Shown here piece by piece: positions 11,501 to 26,300 of a stretch of DNA of 64,000 nt. Within the stretch, counting starts at the first letter, position 1. The number at the start of each line of letters is the position of its first letter. The notes beneath the pieces are model-generated. The model had not been told where the DNA came from, ran no database searches, and saw nothing but the letters and a program-made list of their open reading frames with translations. The stretch covers positions 62,001 to 126,000 of the forward strand of contig NW_020844095.1 of assembly GCF_003704095.1 (NCBI RefSeq). The letters run 5' to 3'. This stretch comes from Pocillopora damicornis (Eukaryota). The position numbers and the translations under genes were made by a program.

Positions 11501-14500
11501 AAGAACATGAAAAAATTCCGTCAGCCTCTTCTGCAAGCATCTGTTTCGTTAATATCAAACAGAAATAATATTGCGGTTCTTAATTTTTCACGGAACGTTC
11601 GTGAAAAGAAGATTACACTGAAAAGACAAATACCTAGCAACAAAAAGCCGCAAAAACCAATTGCCTTTTGCTCGCAAAAAAGGGAAGAAAGAAAACCTGA
11701 AGAACAAAAAAAAAAAAAAAAAAAAAAAAAAGAAAATAAACGGCATTTGATAAGAGTCTTCCCTCGGTTTGATACTGATGTCAAGTCAGGCCTTTTAGGT
11801 ACCGAGGCTATGAAATTTAATGTAAGTCTGTGAAGTGTCTCTTTTATGTTGCAATTAACTATGTCGTATATATGTCGACACGAATTAAGACTTGTGCTCG
11901 TTACAGTAACAATAACAGCAAGACGAAGTTAAGAAAGAATCATGCAATTTTACAGATAAAGCAAAAATAGATCCAAGAGGTGGCTTACCTACTATTATCA
12001 AATTTTCAGGTTCCTTAATCACCTGAGAGGAAACGGAAAGTCAATTATAAAGAAATTTTCCAAAAGAGGACCGCCCTCATCGTGAAGCAGTTAGCATGGC
12101 TTTAGCGGACACATTCAGAAAGAAACAGAAGCAGAGACAGGAAGTCTGTCTTCAAGACACTTTAAGTGCCGGGTGGTCACTTAAGAAATAGCTCAACTGA
12201 AAGATTAACTTATAATTACTCATAACAAATACTACAATACACAAGATCCACACGTTTAATCCTCACTTGGACTTAGCTCAACGATCAGAGTACCAGCTTA
12301 TGTTTTTGTTTCCATAAAGTTTCATCTTTGTATTGCTCTAGAAACGAGAGAGTGGAGGGAAAAAAGCGATGGAAGAGAGAGTGAAACGAAGCGATGGAAG
12401 AGAGAGAGAAACGAAGCGATGGACCCAAGATTGAGCTTTTATGGGAAGAAGACTGTCTTCCGCCGGTAAACAAAATAGGTCTAGTGCAGCAAGACAGGGC
12501 AAAGATATTCTAATTTCCGAAACATTTAAATTTGGCTGATGCGAACTTTTACAGAAGAGCTGACGTCAGTCAACTTCATCATAGTTCCTACCCTAATCTC
12601 TGTTACCCTTGTTGATAATAATAGTATGGTTGCAAGGAAATAATTAACTAAAAATAGCCATAAATTACACTTCCTTTGTTTGTACTGATCAAGACAGTTT
12701 CAGGTGTCAAAATGGGACGGTGGGTTTCGATAACTTGTACTCCGATTATTTTAGTTTGTGTGAGAAGAAAAAGGAAATTATGGCTATGAAGAGATGGCTT
12801 AGAAAGGATATCCGATCTTGAAATACACAGGAATTCGTTACTTTTATTACTAATACCTCCTTTCCTTTAATTGTCGCAATAGTGATTCAGCACATTTTCT
12901 GAACAAATGTATTATTTCATCGGCACAGTATGCAACCCATGATAGCCCAACAGGAATTTATCTTCTTGTGGATCTGGAGAATATCTAGGCAATAAACCGC
13001 GCATTCTATCGGTTTACCAGCGTAATTACTTCCTGGGGAATAGTTTGAAAAACGAAGACAATTGGTTCATAACGGTGATAAATCGATAGAAAGAGCAGTC
13101 AATTGCTTTTATGAAATAAAGATAGTTTATCGGCATGTATAATAAATGTATAATATAGTGTATCTCAGTATAATAACAAAAGTATCTCAGTAGCTTTATT
13201 AATAAAACTAAATTTGTCGCCAATTGCAGCGAACTTTGACATTATTGGCAACGAATCATCGAGAAAAAAAAGAAGTAGGCATCATCAACTCGATGAGCCA
13301 CACGTTACTTAAAACTCTTAGACCTAAACGCGTATCGGTTGAGGAAACCGGGAAATTTTAAACACGTCATCGCAAATGTTACATCTGATTGGCTCTTTAT
13401 GTAATTTTATGTAATTTTATCAACTGATCTCAAAGTCTCAATCCAGTTTCATTCAATGAGCAACTAATGTCGCGCTCTACTCATCAATTTCTAAATCATT
13501 ACATCCTCTGAAATAAAACCATGAAATCTCGAACGAAACCGACAATTTTTTTCTGTTTCGCAACAAAACTCTCTATACATCAATGAGATTGAGAGCATCA
13601 CATGAAATTTCTGTGTAACGCAAGAAAGGACAATCATTATCTTTAGTTCATTGCGGTAAGCATTCAGTTACATCATAAAGGGCGTGCATGACGTAGAACA
13701 CCGTAGTCAGTGCGAAAGGCTATAAATTGTTACATTTCAATAACAGATCCTTCTGGCACTATAAACCCTCCGACTTCTTGATAAGGACGCCCACAGGAAT
13801 GACCCAGTGATTTCAGTTGGGTAACGCAGGGTAACTGGGAAAAAAGTAAACAAATGCTTGAGAGCCCGTGGAATTTCAAACCCAGGGGGTCAACTTGATG
13901 TCTTTATACAGAAAGCTATAGAATGAAAACTTAATTATCCCAAATTTTTTTGCTAAGTTATTTTGAAAATTTAAGGAATTTCAAACCTGCGGGGACGTTT
14001 AATTTTATTTCATAGAAAACTCATGAAGGAATTCCGCGGTAAGGCTTAAGAGTCTGGCACTGATTTTTTTATCTTGTATAAATGTTTATTATTTTTCATG
14101 TTCTTAGCTTAAAAGTCTTCACAACACTCAATTCTACGAGATCAACAACCATATTTACAAATTTTAAGTTTCCCAACAGACTCAGTGTCAAAGTTCTGAG
14201 TCAATCAAGTTCAATTGCAACCTTTTGAAACTAGGTTTAACCGCTGAGTTAAGCAAATTTACCCATAAACGGGTAACAAAGATTGCGCTACCATTTGCTT
14301 TTCTCTCAACAAATAGCGTTGTAGCTAAAGTAAGTCGCATCATTCAGCTAATGTACTAATGCATGGGCTCGAAATCCGTCGAAGCCTGAATTATTTAACA
14401 GCTTTTTTTCTTTTAATTTCTTAAAATGCTTTTCATCTGTAAGGATCACGTAATAAATCAATTTATCTGACATGGTGTATATGTTTGCACTTTCGTTCCC

Positions 14501-17500
14501 ACAGACAGAATCAGACGAAGCTAGCTAAAGAGAAATTGAATGGCTACAATACGTTTACCACGTGGAGAGCAGAAGGGCGGTCTCCCGTGCTAGAACCCCT
14601 ATGCATGCTTTAGTTATTACGTGGATGAAATGGAGTCGATAGTTGTTTTCCCGTTGGCCTAATCGGTGATCTAAATGAAGCGTTGCAAATATCAGTTTTC
14701 TCCATCGCTACCTGATAGAAGTAGATTTCTAGATAACACATACAATTTATACACTTTATTCGATGGTATAACATGTAAAATGCGGAACATTTTGCGAGCT
14801 GCGTAGCATTTGCGAGTGATGAGCAAAATATCCGTTCGTATCATATGTTAAACGGTCGAATAAGGCATTCATTATTCCACTATCACTCTACTTTACTGAT
14901 ATTTTGCATCGATCCAGTGACCTCAATTGAACATCAAAACAACACACACGAGAGGTGGTATTATGACCAAGAAAAAAAATCTGAAGCGCTTAAAAGGTTT
15001 GGTTAGCGAAGACTGAAAACCGGAAAAAATCAAAGTTTGGATCGTTCAGTTTAGCCACTTTGGTGCTTCGCCTTCCATCCGTATTTTATGCCCTGTTCTA
15101 CAGCGGTTTAAGACCGTGGTACATTTTGCGCTTTCTGTTGCCCTAACATTATAAGTTGGCGTTAAAGAAGGGTAAGAATTTTCATTATTGAATCGAAAGG
15201 AATCAGTAATACTGAACAATCTAGAACTTGTTCTGAATTGTGTACCGCACAACCGGAAATTCCTAATTCCATTTAATTCCATTAAAGCTCCATCATCTAG
15301 AGAAATCTCAGTCTCTAAAAAGAAAGAATAATCCTCTACCTGTCCGAATGATTTAACCAGGCAATGACATTACCACTAATCTGTTTAGGGTGACACGCGC
15401 TCCATTCATTAGAACTGAAAAACAAGCCTATCATTCAGAGGCATTACTTTCATTCTGCTGCACGCATAACATTCCTCTTTCGCCACCTCTGTTCAGAGGA
15501 ATCCCTGGGAAATTTTGATAGTGGTGAGCCGCGGGGTTCCCCAAATCCTGACCCTATTTCAGACCAAATTATGTTCTCAAATTCTGAGCCCAAAGGTCCC
15601 CATTACACTTTACACAACAATGCAAATATATATTAGGTTACTCCCTCTCCCCCTTTTTCTGAGAACCCTAGGAACTTTTGGTAGGGGTGTGCCAAATCCA
15701 TCTGGAGTTGAAATGACAAATTGGCTCATTGCTCTCGTAGATTCCTTAAAAGACGAATACACCGACAACCACAGTAGTCAATTCTATATATACTCGACAG
15801 ACCAAAACTTCTCATAAAACTAGCCCAAAGGGCCAGATTTATGAGAATAGGAGAATTGTTTTGGGGTTTTTGACCTTGGTTGTTTTTACTTATAACTATC
15901 TCACACAGTTTGCATAACAATCTTCGGAATCATTATATAAGCTCAAATAGTACACGCGTCAAGTGTCTGACCAGGAATATGATTTTCCCATTCTTTACAC
16001 CTAGAAAATCGCCTAATAGGGACTTAAACGTGTAAGTACTTTTTAACAATGATAAATTCGAACCGTCAGATTCCTGTTTCATCCTCTTCAATTTTCAAAA
16101 AATATATATATAAAAACAGTATAACAGAGATCTTGAGACCCTCCAACCGAGACAGCAGTTCATTAACACTTTCGAGTCTCGTTTTTCGGTTTTGAAGACA
16201 AAATCAATCATCAATGCTTAGTTTTATTAACTCAGAAGGAGTTAGCCCCAATAAGACCTTAAGCTGTAATTGGATAAAAATTAAACCGTCAAAAGACAGT
16301 TAAAAGTATTTTCCAGGCCGAAACCGCGTCTAGTCGGCGCGTGCAAAGCCTTGGCAATGCTACTGGCTCTCTTTGTTCCAAGAAAATTTGGCTTAAATGT
16401 CTTGATGATCTAAATAAACAAATATCAGTCTATAAAATCTGGTATTTACCGAGCGTTACGTGACTAGGGCTGGATAATGAGTGGCCAATGTGATATTCAG
16501 TCATGTTTCATATTAGCATCTAAAACGTTTTATCATATGGCTAAACGCCGCATTCATGAAATTCTCGCTTGGCGCTTTTTCTGAGTAGCACGTTCCTTAG
16601 CAGATAGGTCAAAACACAACAGATAATTATCTGTAGTTAATCACCCTATGGAAGAAACCTTCTTAGTTCAAATTGCCGCAGATTAGTGAATAATTTTGTT
16701 CATAAGAACGGATTACTTGTTCTTAGCTGTTCTTTACTGCAGCCATTGAAAACTTCATAGCAGTGCTATTTGAAAAGAGCATGAGTTAAATTTAGAGATA
16801 AGTTTTGAAGAATTCTCCGACAAATCACTACACAACCATTTGAGTCATCCTTAGCTCCCAGCCCTTATTGAAATTTTCATTTATACAGACGTCAAATATC
16901 CAATAATTTCTTCGGTTTAAAAATTAAATTAGAGATGACAATTATGTCGTTGTTAGAAATTATATCAACTTGGCGTATTAACTTTTTTTTATGCAGAGCT
17001 TTTTTGTACTTAACTCACAGTACTCAAGTTAATTAACTTTTTTATAATAGGAAGAAATAATTCTAAAGCGAACATGCTTTATTTTGGAAGACTGAAATAG
17101 CTTGTACGCGAGCTTAGTTTTCGTGCAGGTGATCACTGTATTCGGTGCAAGCTTCCACGCCGTGCTCTCCACTGGTATTTCATTATTTGAATATTTTTTA
17201 TGGACATTAACATAATACGAAAAACATCACTCGTCCACTTAAAGATGCGAAGTTATCTTCTCGAGTGAATAGAACCTCTCGCTCTTCCACTACGCTTACT
17301 TGTGAAGGAAATTATTGACACTCAAAATAAAATTATAATCCCCCCTCGAGGGCAAACATGCACGAATGAAGTGAAAACAAAAAAACAAAGAAAAAAAAAA
17401 CAAGAGGAAATATGAATAATTAGTGATGGAGAAGATTAGTACGGTTTGCATGGGAGTAAAAACCAAAAATTTTACTTGAGCATTCCTTGACGTCACTCCT

Positions 17501-20500
17501 CAAGAAAAAATGATCAGGCTATCGGAAGTATTGTTCCTGGAAGTTTGTGCGAGTGGGCAGAATGAAAAAACTCCCTTTCAATTAGATCAGGATGTCAGTT
17601 AGGGATATCCTAACCAAAACTTCACTAGCTTTGCTTACGTACTGTCATAACGGATTCAAACAAAGACCGATAGCTGTCATAGATAATGCAAAACAGTCGT
17701 AATTTTAAGCGGCATCGATCACGAGCGTGGAATAAAGAAAATGTTCCTTCCTCGTAGGACTTATCAATGTCTAGGCCTGATACCTAAAAAGAAAAGACTG
17801 AGCTACGTTTGTGAACTAGGACATACACTAAGCTCCACAATAAATAATGGTTATGGAAATCCTGGTGATGCAATTAGGGAAAATATGGAAAAAAACCCCT
17901 TTCGATTACATCCGGATGAAAGAAATGTAACGGACATTCAAACCAAAATCCATTAGTTTTGCTTACGCACTGTTACAGAGAAATCAAACAAAGGACGATC
18001 GTTATCGAAGATGTACTTAAACACTTGCTGTGTATGTATTGGGCAGGTAACAGATATGACGTTTTTCCTTTCGACATTTTGTTAGTAATCTTTTAGAGTT
18101 TCCGTACCCTTTTAATGACGTCAAGACATTCAGTAAGAGACAAAAAGAGGTGTTTTGTTGTGTTGGCACTCTTACACTATGTTTATTTACCACTGGACGT
18201 GTTCCTTGGCTATTTTCGTGCGTTGCTAAGATACGTGCTTAAGAAAGAGACATTAGTAGAGCAGTGCTTCGCGACGTCGATGAAACGTGCTACGATTCAT
18301 ATGACAACTGAAGTTGTCAAACGCGAACGTGGAAAAGTAATCATCATCAATCGATGTTTAACGATCGACAGGCCATGGCGTCAATTAACCATCAACTGCG
18401 TAGACTCAAAAATTAGTTCTAGGGTAAATTCTGAGCGATGATTCTCAGCCTTTCTTTAATACGTGAGTTCGAGCATTATATTTTGGAACATCAATTATTC
18501 TAAAAGTTCACAAGCCTTGAAATAAACTGGCACATAACCAAGAAAAAAATGATCGTAGGGTGAAGTCGATTGAAAGATACTTTACTGCTTATCATAACAA
18601 CTACGTGCGCTGTAATGGGTAAATTTAGTTGGCATTTCTTTTACTGTTCGACCCGCTTAACGTCTAAAGCTGCTTCCGNNNNNNNNNNNNNNNNNNNNNN
18701 NNNNNNNNNNNNNNNNNNNNNNNNNNNNNNNNNNNNNNNNNNNNNNNNNNNNNNNNNNNNNNNNNNNNNNNNNNNNNNTATACGTAGTAAGTACAGTTCA
18801 GAATTAAGCACGGAAAACAAAGCACTTGAGGAAATACAAACAGACAAAAGAAAAAATAATCGTACAGGATCCGTGAAAGATATAAAACTAAATTATAACT
18901 TAATTATTTCAGTAACTGAAGTTGTGCTTGATGCTTTGTTCCCAACTCCAAGAAGCGACCAACACGTAACTTCTACTCATGTCATCGCTACATTATCCAG
19001 CCAACAGTTGACGAGAATTGAAAAAAAACATCAGCCAATGCGCGATAAGCTTTTAATTTCATTTCGCAGATATTTATTTTCGGAAAAAAGTGGAGATTAA
19101 ATCCCGCCAAAGAAAGGCACAACAAGATATATTTGGTAGGAATTGTGTTTTAATTCAGTTGCGTGTCCGGCTGAAGCTGACCTTTCATTCGTAAAATCGG
19201 TCACATGAAAGTTAGAGAGTAGAAATCAAATGCAGTACTTCAGATTGTGCCTAGCTGAGATTGTTATGTTTTCCCGTTCTTGATGAAGCCAGCTTCTGCC
19301 AAGTTTTTAATTGAAAGCAATTCAAACTATTACAACGACTCACGTTTCACTTGAAACTGAAGATGAATTGAGAATCATCCGCCAAAAACGATGTTATAAA
19401 CTCAAACAGTCGATGTTCTTTATCGATGTTCTTTATCGATGTTAAAGCTGATTTATCAATTCTCTCACGTAGGGGGTGTTTGATTTTGACATTTTATTTG
19501 AAATTTGAGTACTTGCTGGTCCAATTTTAAACTCAAACATTGGGAGGGAAAGATAGATAATCAGCTGATTATCGACTTACGAATAACTGAACTCCAAAGC
19601 TGTTGACCTTGTCTACTTCGAGTCATAAAAATATATCTGCAGTCAAGGTAAACATCTCATTTAAAGTAACGTCAGGAAAAAAGGCTTCGGAGTAGAGGGA
19701 GGGTGAAATTGGCAAATTCTCCAGAAATCTCGGCCATAATCTTACATTTTAGTTACTTCCCACACTTCATTACTTAGTTAGAGATGAAAAGGTTAAATTT
19801 GCTCTCGACGTTACCTTGAAACCAGACCCAATTTAAGAGCATATTGGTTAAAATTTGACCGTAACGGCTTCGAAAAACATACCCGCTGAGATGACTCATA
19901 CCTGAATAACTCGTATGAGGACGTTCCCCCCCCCTCCCCCAGTGAGAAGTGTATGGTTATCGCAATCTTGACTTGCCACAACTTCCCTTACACCTGTGTT
20001 TTGTCGACACACCTAAAAGCTGCTAAATCACTGCATCTCACGTTGTTTGAAACGATGAGACAAAATACCTTTAACGTAAAGGAAACCACAAAATATTACA
20101 TACTTTTAGATAAGATAAACAAAAATTAAAATAGCAAGAGGTGCTGAAAATGGATCGTGGGTCGTAAGAGGTCCAGAACATGAAAACGGATTGAAAATGA
20201 TAACCGTGCAAGCTTTAAGATAATTTGTGCAAAGTTTCTTAGCTTCTTGGAGAAAGTTCACACTTTGTGTTTTGAGTTGTCCTGGTAATTCATGAAGCAC
20301 AGAGTCACTCTGACGTTATAATTATAGTAGATCTGATTAGATTGGCACAGCTTGGTGTATTTCCATTTCCTTCTCACATAGCAAAAGACAGTAAGCAAAA
20401 TTAAACCCCGGCCCTTGCAAGCAGAATAACAGTAGTAAAAATATTGACGGCAGACAATAAGAATTGACTCTGTGAATTTTTCACTCGCTCGATCTCCAAA

Positions 20501-22311
20501 AAATATCGATTTTCCTCTGCTATCAGTTACAATTTTGTTATCAAAAACAGCAATACCCCTATGTAAATATTTTCTTTTTTTATCTCATTTCGCTCATCTA
20601 TGGATATTGTCAGAAAAAAAATTGATACAGAGCAAAGATGTCTCTCTATGAGATTCGCGAGGCCGTTAACTTTTGCCCACATTCCTGACGCGTTTCTCGT
20701 TCTTAAATGCAGCACCGCTGTTTACGCCAAGCGCGCCTTAGCAGCCTACCATTCACGCGCAAACATCGTGATGATAATTAGACAATCACGTTTTGCAAGT
20801 ATCACATGATCAGTTCATGATTCATGTAAACTGTTCATGACTGTCGCCGATGCACGTAAGATAACAGACGTCCCGTTTTCTATGATTATCAAACTCTTCT
20901 TTCAGCAGCACAATGTAAAAAAAAAACAAAACACAAAATACAAAACAACTCCAAAATGGATTTGAAACTCACGTAGAAAACCAAGTGTATATGATACATG
21001 AATACTGAGGACGAAGTAAAAAGTTACGACTTAGAGCTTCAGCAAAGCCGGACGCCGTCGACATCTTAACTCCTCTTTAGGAAAAGAAGTTTAAAGAATA
21101 ACCTGTCGCCTCTTTTATACAAATCGTAGCTGTGGTCTACTTTCTATAATAATCAGGAATGGTGTAGAGTGAAATTTACCCTCTGTCGTAGATTATCGCT
21201 ATCTGGATAGCAATAAGCTATTAGGAAAATGGCCTGGAATGTTTTGATTGAGTCATTAAAAAAACTGTAGCTCGTTTATGAAAGTGCATTGAATAGTCGA
21301 AATGTAAAAACCGAAAAAATCAGGTCGTGCGCTCTTTTCCTAGCAGTTATCGAAGGCTGAAAATTTCGACTTTTTATATATATATTTTTTAACTTCCTTT
21401 ATCTCAGACTAAAGTTTGTCAACTGATACTTCTATGGTTACCAAAATGACTCCTATATAAATATTCGTCTCACAATATTGTTCTGGTCTCAACCCGTTAT
21501 CGAAAGGATTGACCCCAAGAAGTATTCGTTAATAGTCTCTCGAAGTTTCATTGATTAATCATTCTTTTCTACCTTATGCCCTTGCAGAATTTGATGTAAG
21601 TCAATTTCATTAGCTCAATTTCCATCGAAAAAGAAGTGGTTTATGAAAATATTTTTCAGATAATCCTAAATTGCGTCTTAAACCTGGATAAAATCGATTT
21701 TCCAAGGGATTTGGCACTCGCAGTTCTTTTTTTTTTTTTTTTTGGCGAATTTTGCGGTAACTTTTGATGACATTGTAAGAAACGTCTAAGTCCGGAAAGA
21801 TTATTTGCTTTGTTCATGAGCTGCTAAGGATGTGAATATTACAGTGGAAGAGACCTCATATGACGCAGGTCAAAGCTGAAAAAGGAAATTTCTGATGCAT
21901 TGTAAAGGGCGAATGCAAGAATAGAATATCTTGATGGCATGTAGAGATATGAACCAACTGCGTGTGTGAATTTATTATTAACCTATGAGGAGACCTTGAC
22001 TATTTTTGCAAAATTTGGTAACAATAGCTTGATTCTGCTGAGTAACTATGATATTTTTCGTGGGATTAGGCGAGGACGTTTCTTGTTGCACTTAAAAGGA
22101 GAAGTGTTGAGCAAAAGTCGCCCTGCACCGTTTAACATTGATTTTACGTGGGCAATAAACAAAGTGTAATATAAGACGAGTTTTCCCGTCTAATTATAGT
22201 CCCCGAGAAACGGTCATTCCTACCAACTCAAACAGGAACCATATGGCAAAGGTCAAGTTCCCACAAATTCGATTCGTTGACAAGTGATATTTCCATTTTC
22301 CTCGAGGGGCG

Positions 22312-22347
22312 TATAAATGCCGCGTCGCGATGCATCGAAGTCATTAG
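22312..22347 (+). promoter_or_regulatory. Putative core promoter of CSTEL gene 1 (TATA box plus Inr)
   Basis: TATAAAT at 22312-22318 lies about 30 nt upstream of an Inr-like TCATT at 22341; the predicted ATG is at 22460. Confidence 0.55.
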
Positions 22348-22459
22348 ATAGACATCTGTGCTCGAGGAGGACACCGCAAAAAGATAGAGATTGTGAAATA
22401 CGTTTCAAGGATTCTACCTAACTTTGTTGCACAAGAGGCAACGCCGCTAGAAATATACC

Positions 22460-23371
22460 ATGAAAGAAGTGAAAACTCAGAGAGATTGGCATGACATCGC
22501 CTTTCGCTTATCAGGTATGGTGTTCAAGATGATATGACGATTTATTTACTCGCCTAAGCCGCGCTGTTTACCACGCATCTTAACTGATGCAAGTTTTAAT
22601 TGAGAGAGAATAATTGTTCATACGAGAGTGTCGCGAAGAATAGTAAAATACTCTGACAATTTAATTGCTAAGAATTCGAGAACAAGGCTCGTCTTCGACC
22701 AGATATCTTCCTTCAAAATAAGAGCATTTTTGAAGCAAATGGATCTAAGCTGCAGTCGAGCCAGGGTCTTTTGACGAAGTGACGCCATTTTCACATCTTA
22801 CTGGTTCGTGTCTACATCCGACGAATATCGAAAAGTCGTTGTTAGAGATCATGAAGAGAAATACGGCAGTTTTGAAATACTAGTTTTCAAATAGATTTGT
22901 TTCTGAGATTACTGTTTCATTGGTGGTTACTTTCTCTTAAGCCTTCCGACACGCGTGTTTTTTTCGCTCATCCTTTTGTTCTGAGAAGCTGAAGCTCATT
23001 ATATCCGGTCGTCTTTTTACATTGCAGCTCTTTGTGGAGGATTTGAAAAATACGACATCGTGGAAGATACAGGCTTTAGTGCTAAGAATAGAAGAAAATC
23101 TTCCCAAGAAAGACCAAATGACCAAGACTTAATCAGGAGAGGCTCTCTTCCCCAAGCACGTAAGAAAGGAACTCAGGCTCCACTCCAAGACTCACGCATT
23201 TCCCTCACCAAAAGAAGTTTTAGTGACGGGGTAGTAGTTGTAGAGAAGAACACGGATTTTTCAACAAGAAAAATCGACAGATCGCCCAAATCACATTCAC
23301 TGGACTTAGACGTCTCGTCTTTCGACTTCAGCGAGCTCAGGAGCTCAAGTTTATGCTCTACGGAGTTATAG
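22460..23371 (+). CDS. CSTEL-family gene 1, two coding exons (22460-22514 and 23028-23371), ~132 aa, ending ELRSSSLCSTEL
   Basis: accATG at 22460 reads MKEVKTQRDWHDIAFRLS; phase-1 donor G|GTATGG at 22515 and acceptor ctttttacattgcAG at 23027 join in frame with the 23060 ORF (which the track starts at GTG); shared C-terminal motif. Confidence 0.75.
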
Positions 23372-26300
23372 ACAGTACATAAACATTTTACAAGGCCGCT
23401 CACAAGGCAGCTTGGCTCGGGACGAAAAAAAACACTGAACCAAATGAAAGCTTTCACCTATTTATGTTTGCGTATATTGTTTATTTGTATATATGAAATC
23501 AAGATGTTAAAATTTCAAGGCCAAAATTATGTACCATTTTAGAAGTGAAGGCTAAGGTCCTTAGCTAAAAAAAGCTCTAGAATAATAACTTATTATCTAT
23601 TGTAGCCGGCCAGACTACAAGTCCTACAAATTAAAAGTCAAGTATCAAAGTATTGAATCCTTTCGTTGAGTTTGCTTTTATCAGCCAAATATTGGCGAAA
23701 TAAGTTTGTTTTTGTTCTTTAAAATTTTATTCTGTTGCTCTTCCCTAACTTCGCGTGCAAAGTTTGAGAGCGCAAGTTCCTAAGGAACTTCTCACTCGAA
23801 GCTTTAAATTTAGCGAGATGCATATCGCTGTTTACAAATTTAGAAGTGTCCCGTAAGTCGAGGAGGGATATCCATTTCAAGGCTCTTAGAGCCAGATGCG
23901 ACTCTTGCTATAAAAACATAAAACTCATTTGTTCAACAGTACAACATTAGTTATGTTTATCTTGTTACGCAGCACACATTTCCATTGAATTCAGCGAGGA
24001 AATGTGCTTAAAAGCAACGTTTTTCGACTCCAAGAACCTCTCCAAGCGCTCGAGGTATTTCCTGATTGAGGACGTAAGCACGAGAGCATGTCCGAGACGT
24101 CAATTGACCTCTTTTTCTTCTTGGCTTACCTTGGTTTCTCAGGAATTTGCTAAATCACAAGTGATAAGGGAAAAAATCCGGCAGTTAATTTGCGAAAATC
24201 TCATTAGGATCTGACCTCAGAAATGCGTCCAGAAAGTTCGCCGAAAATGATCCCATAGTATCACTTCAATCCTTTGTTTTGTTTTCTGCTAACGTATCGG
24301 CAATGAGATATTTTACAAATACTCGCGGATCTTTATGTTAAGCTTTCATACGAACTATTGTCTAGACGAATTGGCTTCGGATGATGCGAATTTCTTTGGA
24401 TTTTGCCTCAAGATTTAGGATTTTTTCGCAGGCAAACCCCAGTGCCTCTTTGAAAGTTTATAAGGATTCTCGAGGCTCTTGACATTTCAATGGAGTCTTT
24501 TGAAGTTTCATTTCTTTAATCCCTTTAAATTTTCAGAAGAAGCCGACACTATCACTAACATTTCACTTTGTGTCATTAACTACACCTTTCAGAGGTGAAC
24601 CGACAGAGTTTTACGTGCCAAACGGTAACAATTTTTCAAGCCCGCTTCTCGCCTGTAATACGCCGAAATTCATAAAATCATCGTTCGATTCTAAATCTAC
24701 TTTGATTTTCCTGCTTTACCGGAGAGTTATTATCAAGTATCCAACTGTTAATCTCCAACGTTTTTCTAATAGAAATATTTGTGCTTCGTTATGTCCAGCT
24801 TTAGACTCTCGACTCCCTATAGATTTTAATAACGCGTGAGGAGTGAGTACAGTTGCATGAAAAGTACGATTTTTACGACAACATAAAAAAACGATGTCTC
24901 TGTGCGCTGGGTAGTCGACGATGTAAGGTTAGGAGATAAATTTTCACGCGTTGGCTAACGATCAAAAGCCAGGCAATGAATTTTTTTTGTAATGAATTGT
25001 TATCGTTTGGCTAAGGATGCCTAGTCCTTTCCGATGCGGTGGCGAGCTTTCTACTGTCATTCAGTCTTTTCTGGGCGATGAAGTCGATTAGTTACATGAA
25101 AAAGAACTACTGCATGAGGTAGTCGAAAGGTCTTGCTTCACAGCGGAAGTGACTGCATTGTGAAACAATCGATAACAGTTCATTTCTCAGAAGTGTATTC
25201 ATCACTACCACCTGATTTTGTCACTATAAATAACTAAACTTTTAACGATATGAGGTTAATTTTTAGAAACCATTTAACAACGTTCAAAGCCTTCAGTTCA
25301 TTTGAATTTACAATTTTGGACATTTAAAACAAAAAAAAAAGAAAACATGTTTGCATACTTTCAAGATTGTTTGCATTATTTTTCTTTCCATTTAAGAGAT
25401 AAATTCTAGAAAAAACAATCTCGACAAGAGCCTTCACCTCTTTTATTGCTTTGAGAAGTTTTCGTGGCAACAAACGCCGGAAGAGCATTTCCCTTGTTCA
25501 TAAAGGGCAGAGATACAAGTTGACAGTGCTATCTCGGGTAATTATTGTGGATCCGGTATTTTTCCTTTTTTTTCCTCTTTTTTTTTGGTTATTTCCTGTG
25601 ATTCGTGACGATGTAGGAAACCACCAGTTGCCAGACAATAGTGGTTGTTGACGAAAAAATGATAAAAGAATGATTCATCATCTTCTTGTGAAAGTGAAAA
25701 TTTATGTTTGATGCTCGCTTGCCTGTTATCTTAATTAGCAAGTCTTTTCAAAAGAGTGCTTCTCAAAACAATTAATTAGATTTAATTGAAAAAGAGCGGT
25801 TTGAAGCTGGATTAATCTTCTCTTACGTAAGCACTTCACGAAATTTTCAGAAGGTATTTGGCACTGTTTTTGAAGGAAAGGAAATAGCATTGCAACATAT
25901 ATAATGGAGGAATCAGTTGTGGGGTTAGGAAAGTAACCAGACTGAGTACTGTAGCACTGAAAGAGCAACACGAAATGAAACGAGAAAAAGTGTCGATGTT
26001 TACCAAATGCATGCTTGGTACAAGCGAGAGTGTAAACTGCGATTAGCAGATGTTAAACAGCGCAAAATCCGATTATAAACATTGCGCTAAATGTCGTAAT
26101 GAGAAGCACCGACCATGCGAAGCCACACGCGAGGAAGAAATTAACAGAATGTACATAGTAAAAGGAGTTAGCCCATTTAACCCCAAGTGTGATCAACATT
26201 CAATTTCTTCTTACAGTAACACTGCTATGGGAAAGATAAAGGTGCTGAGAAAAAAAACAAACAATCCGGAAGGGAAAGACGCCGTTGGACATGTTTTTCT

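Noticed and set aside
11387-11833. 148-aa basic ORF
   Set aside because: It runs through a poly-A tract, has no family tail and shows no recognisable motif.
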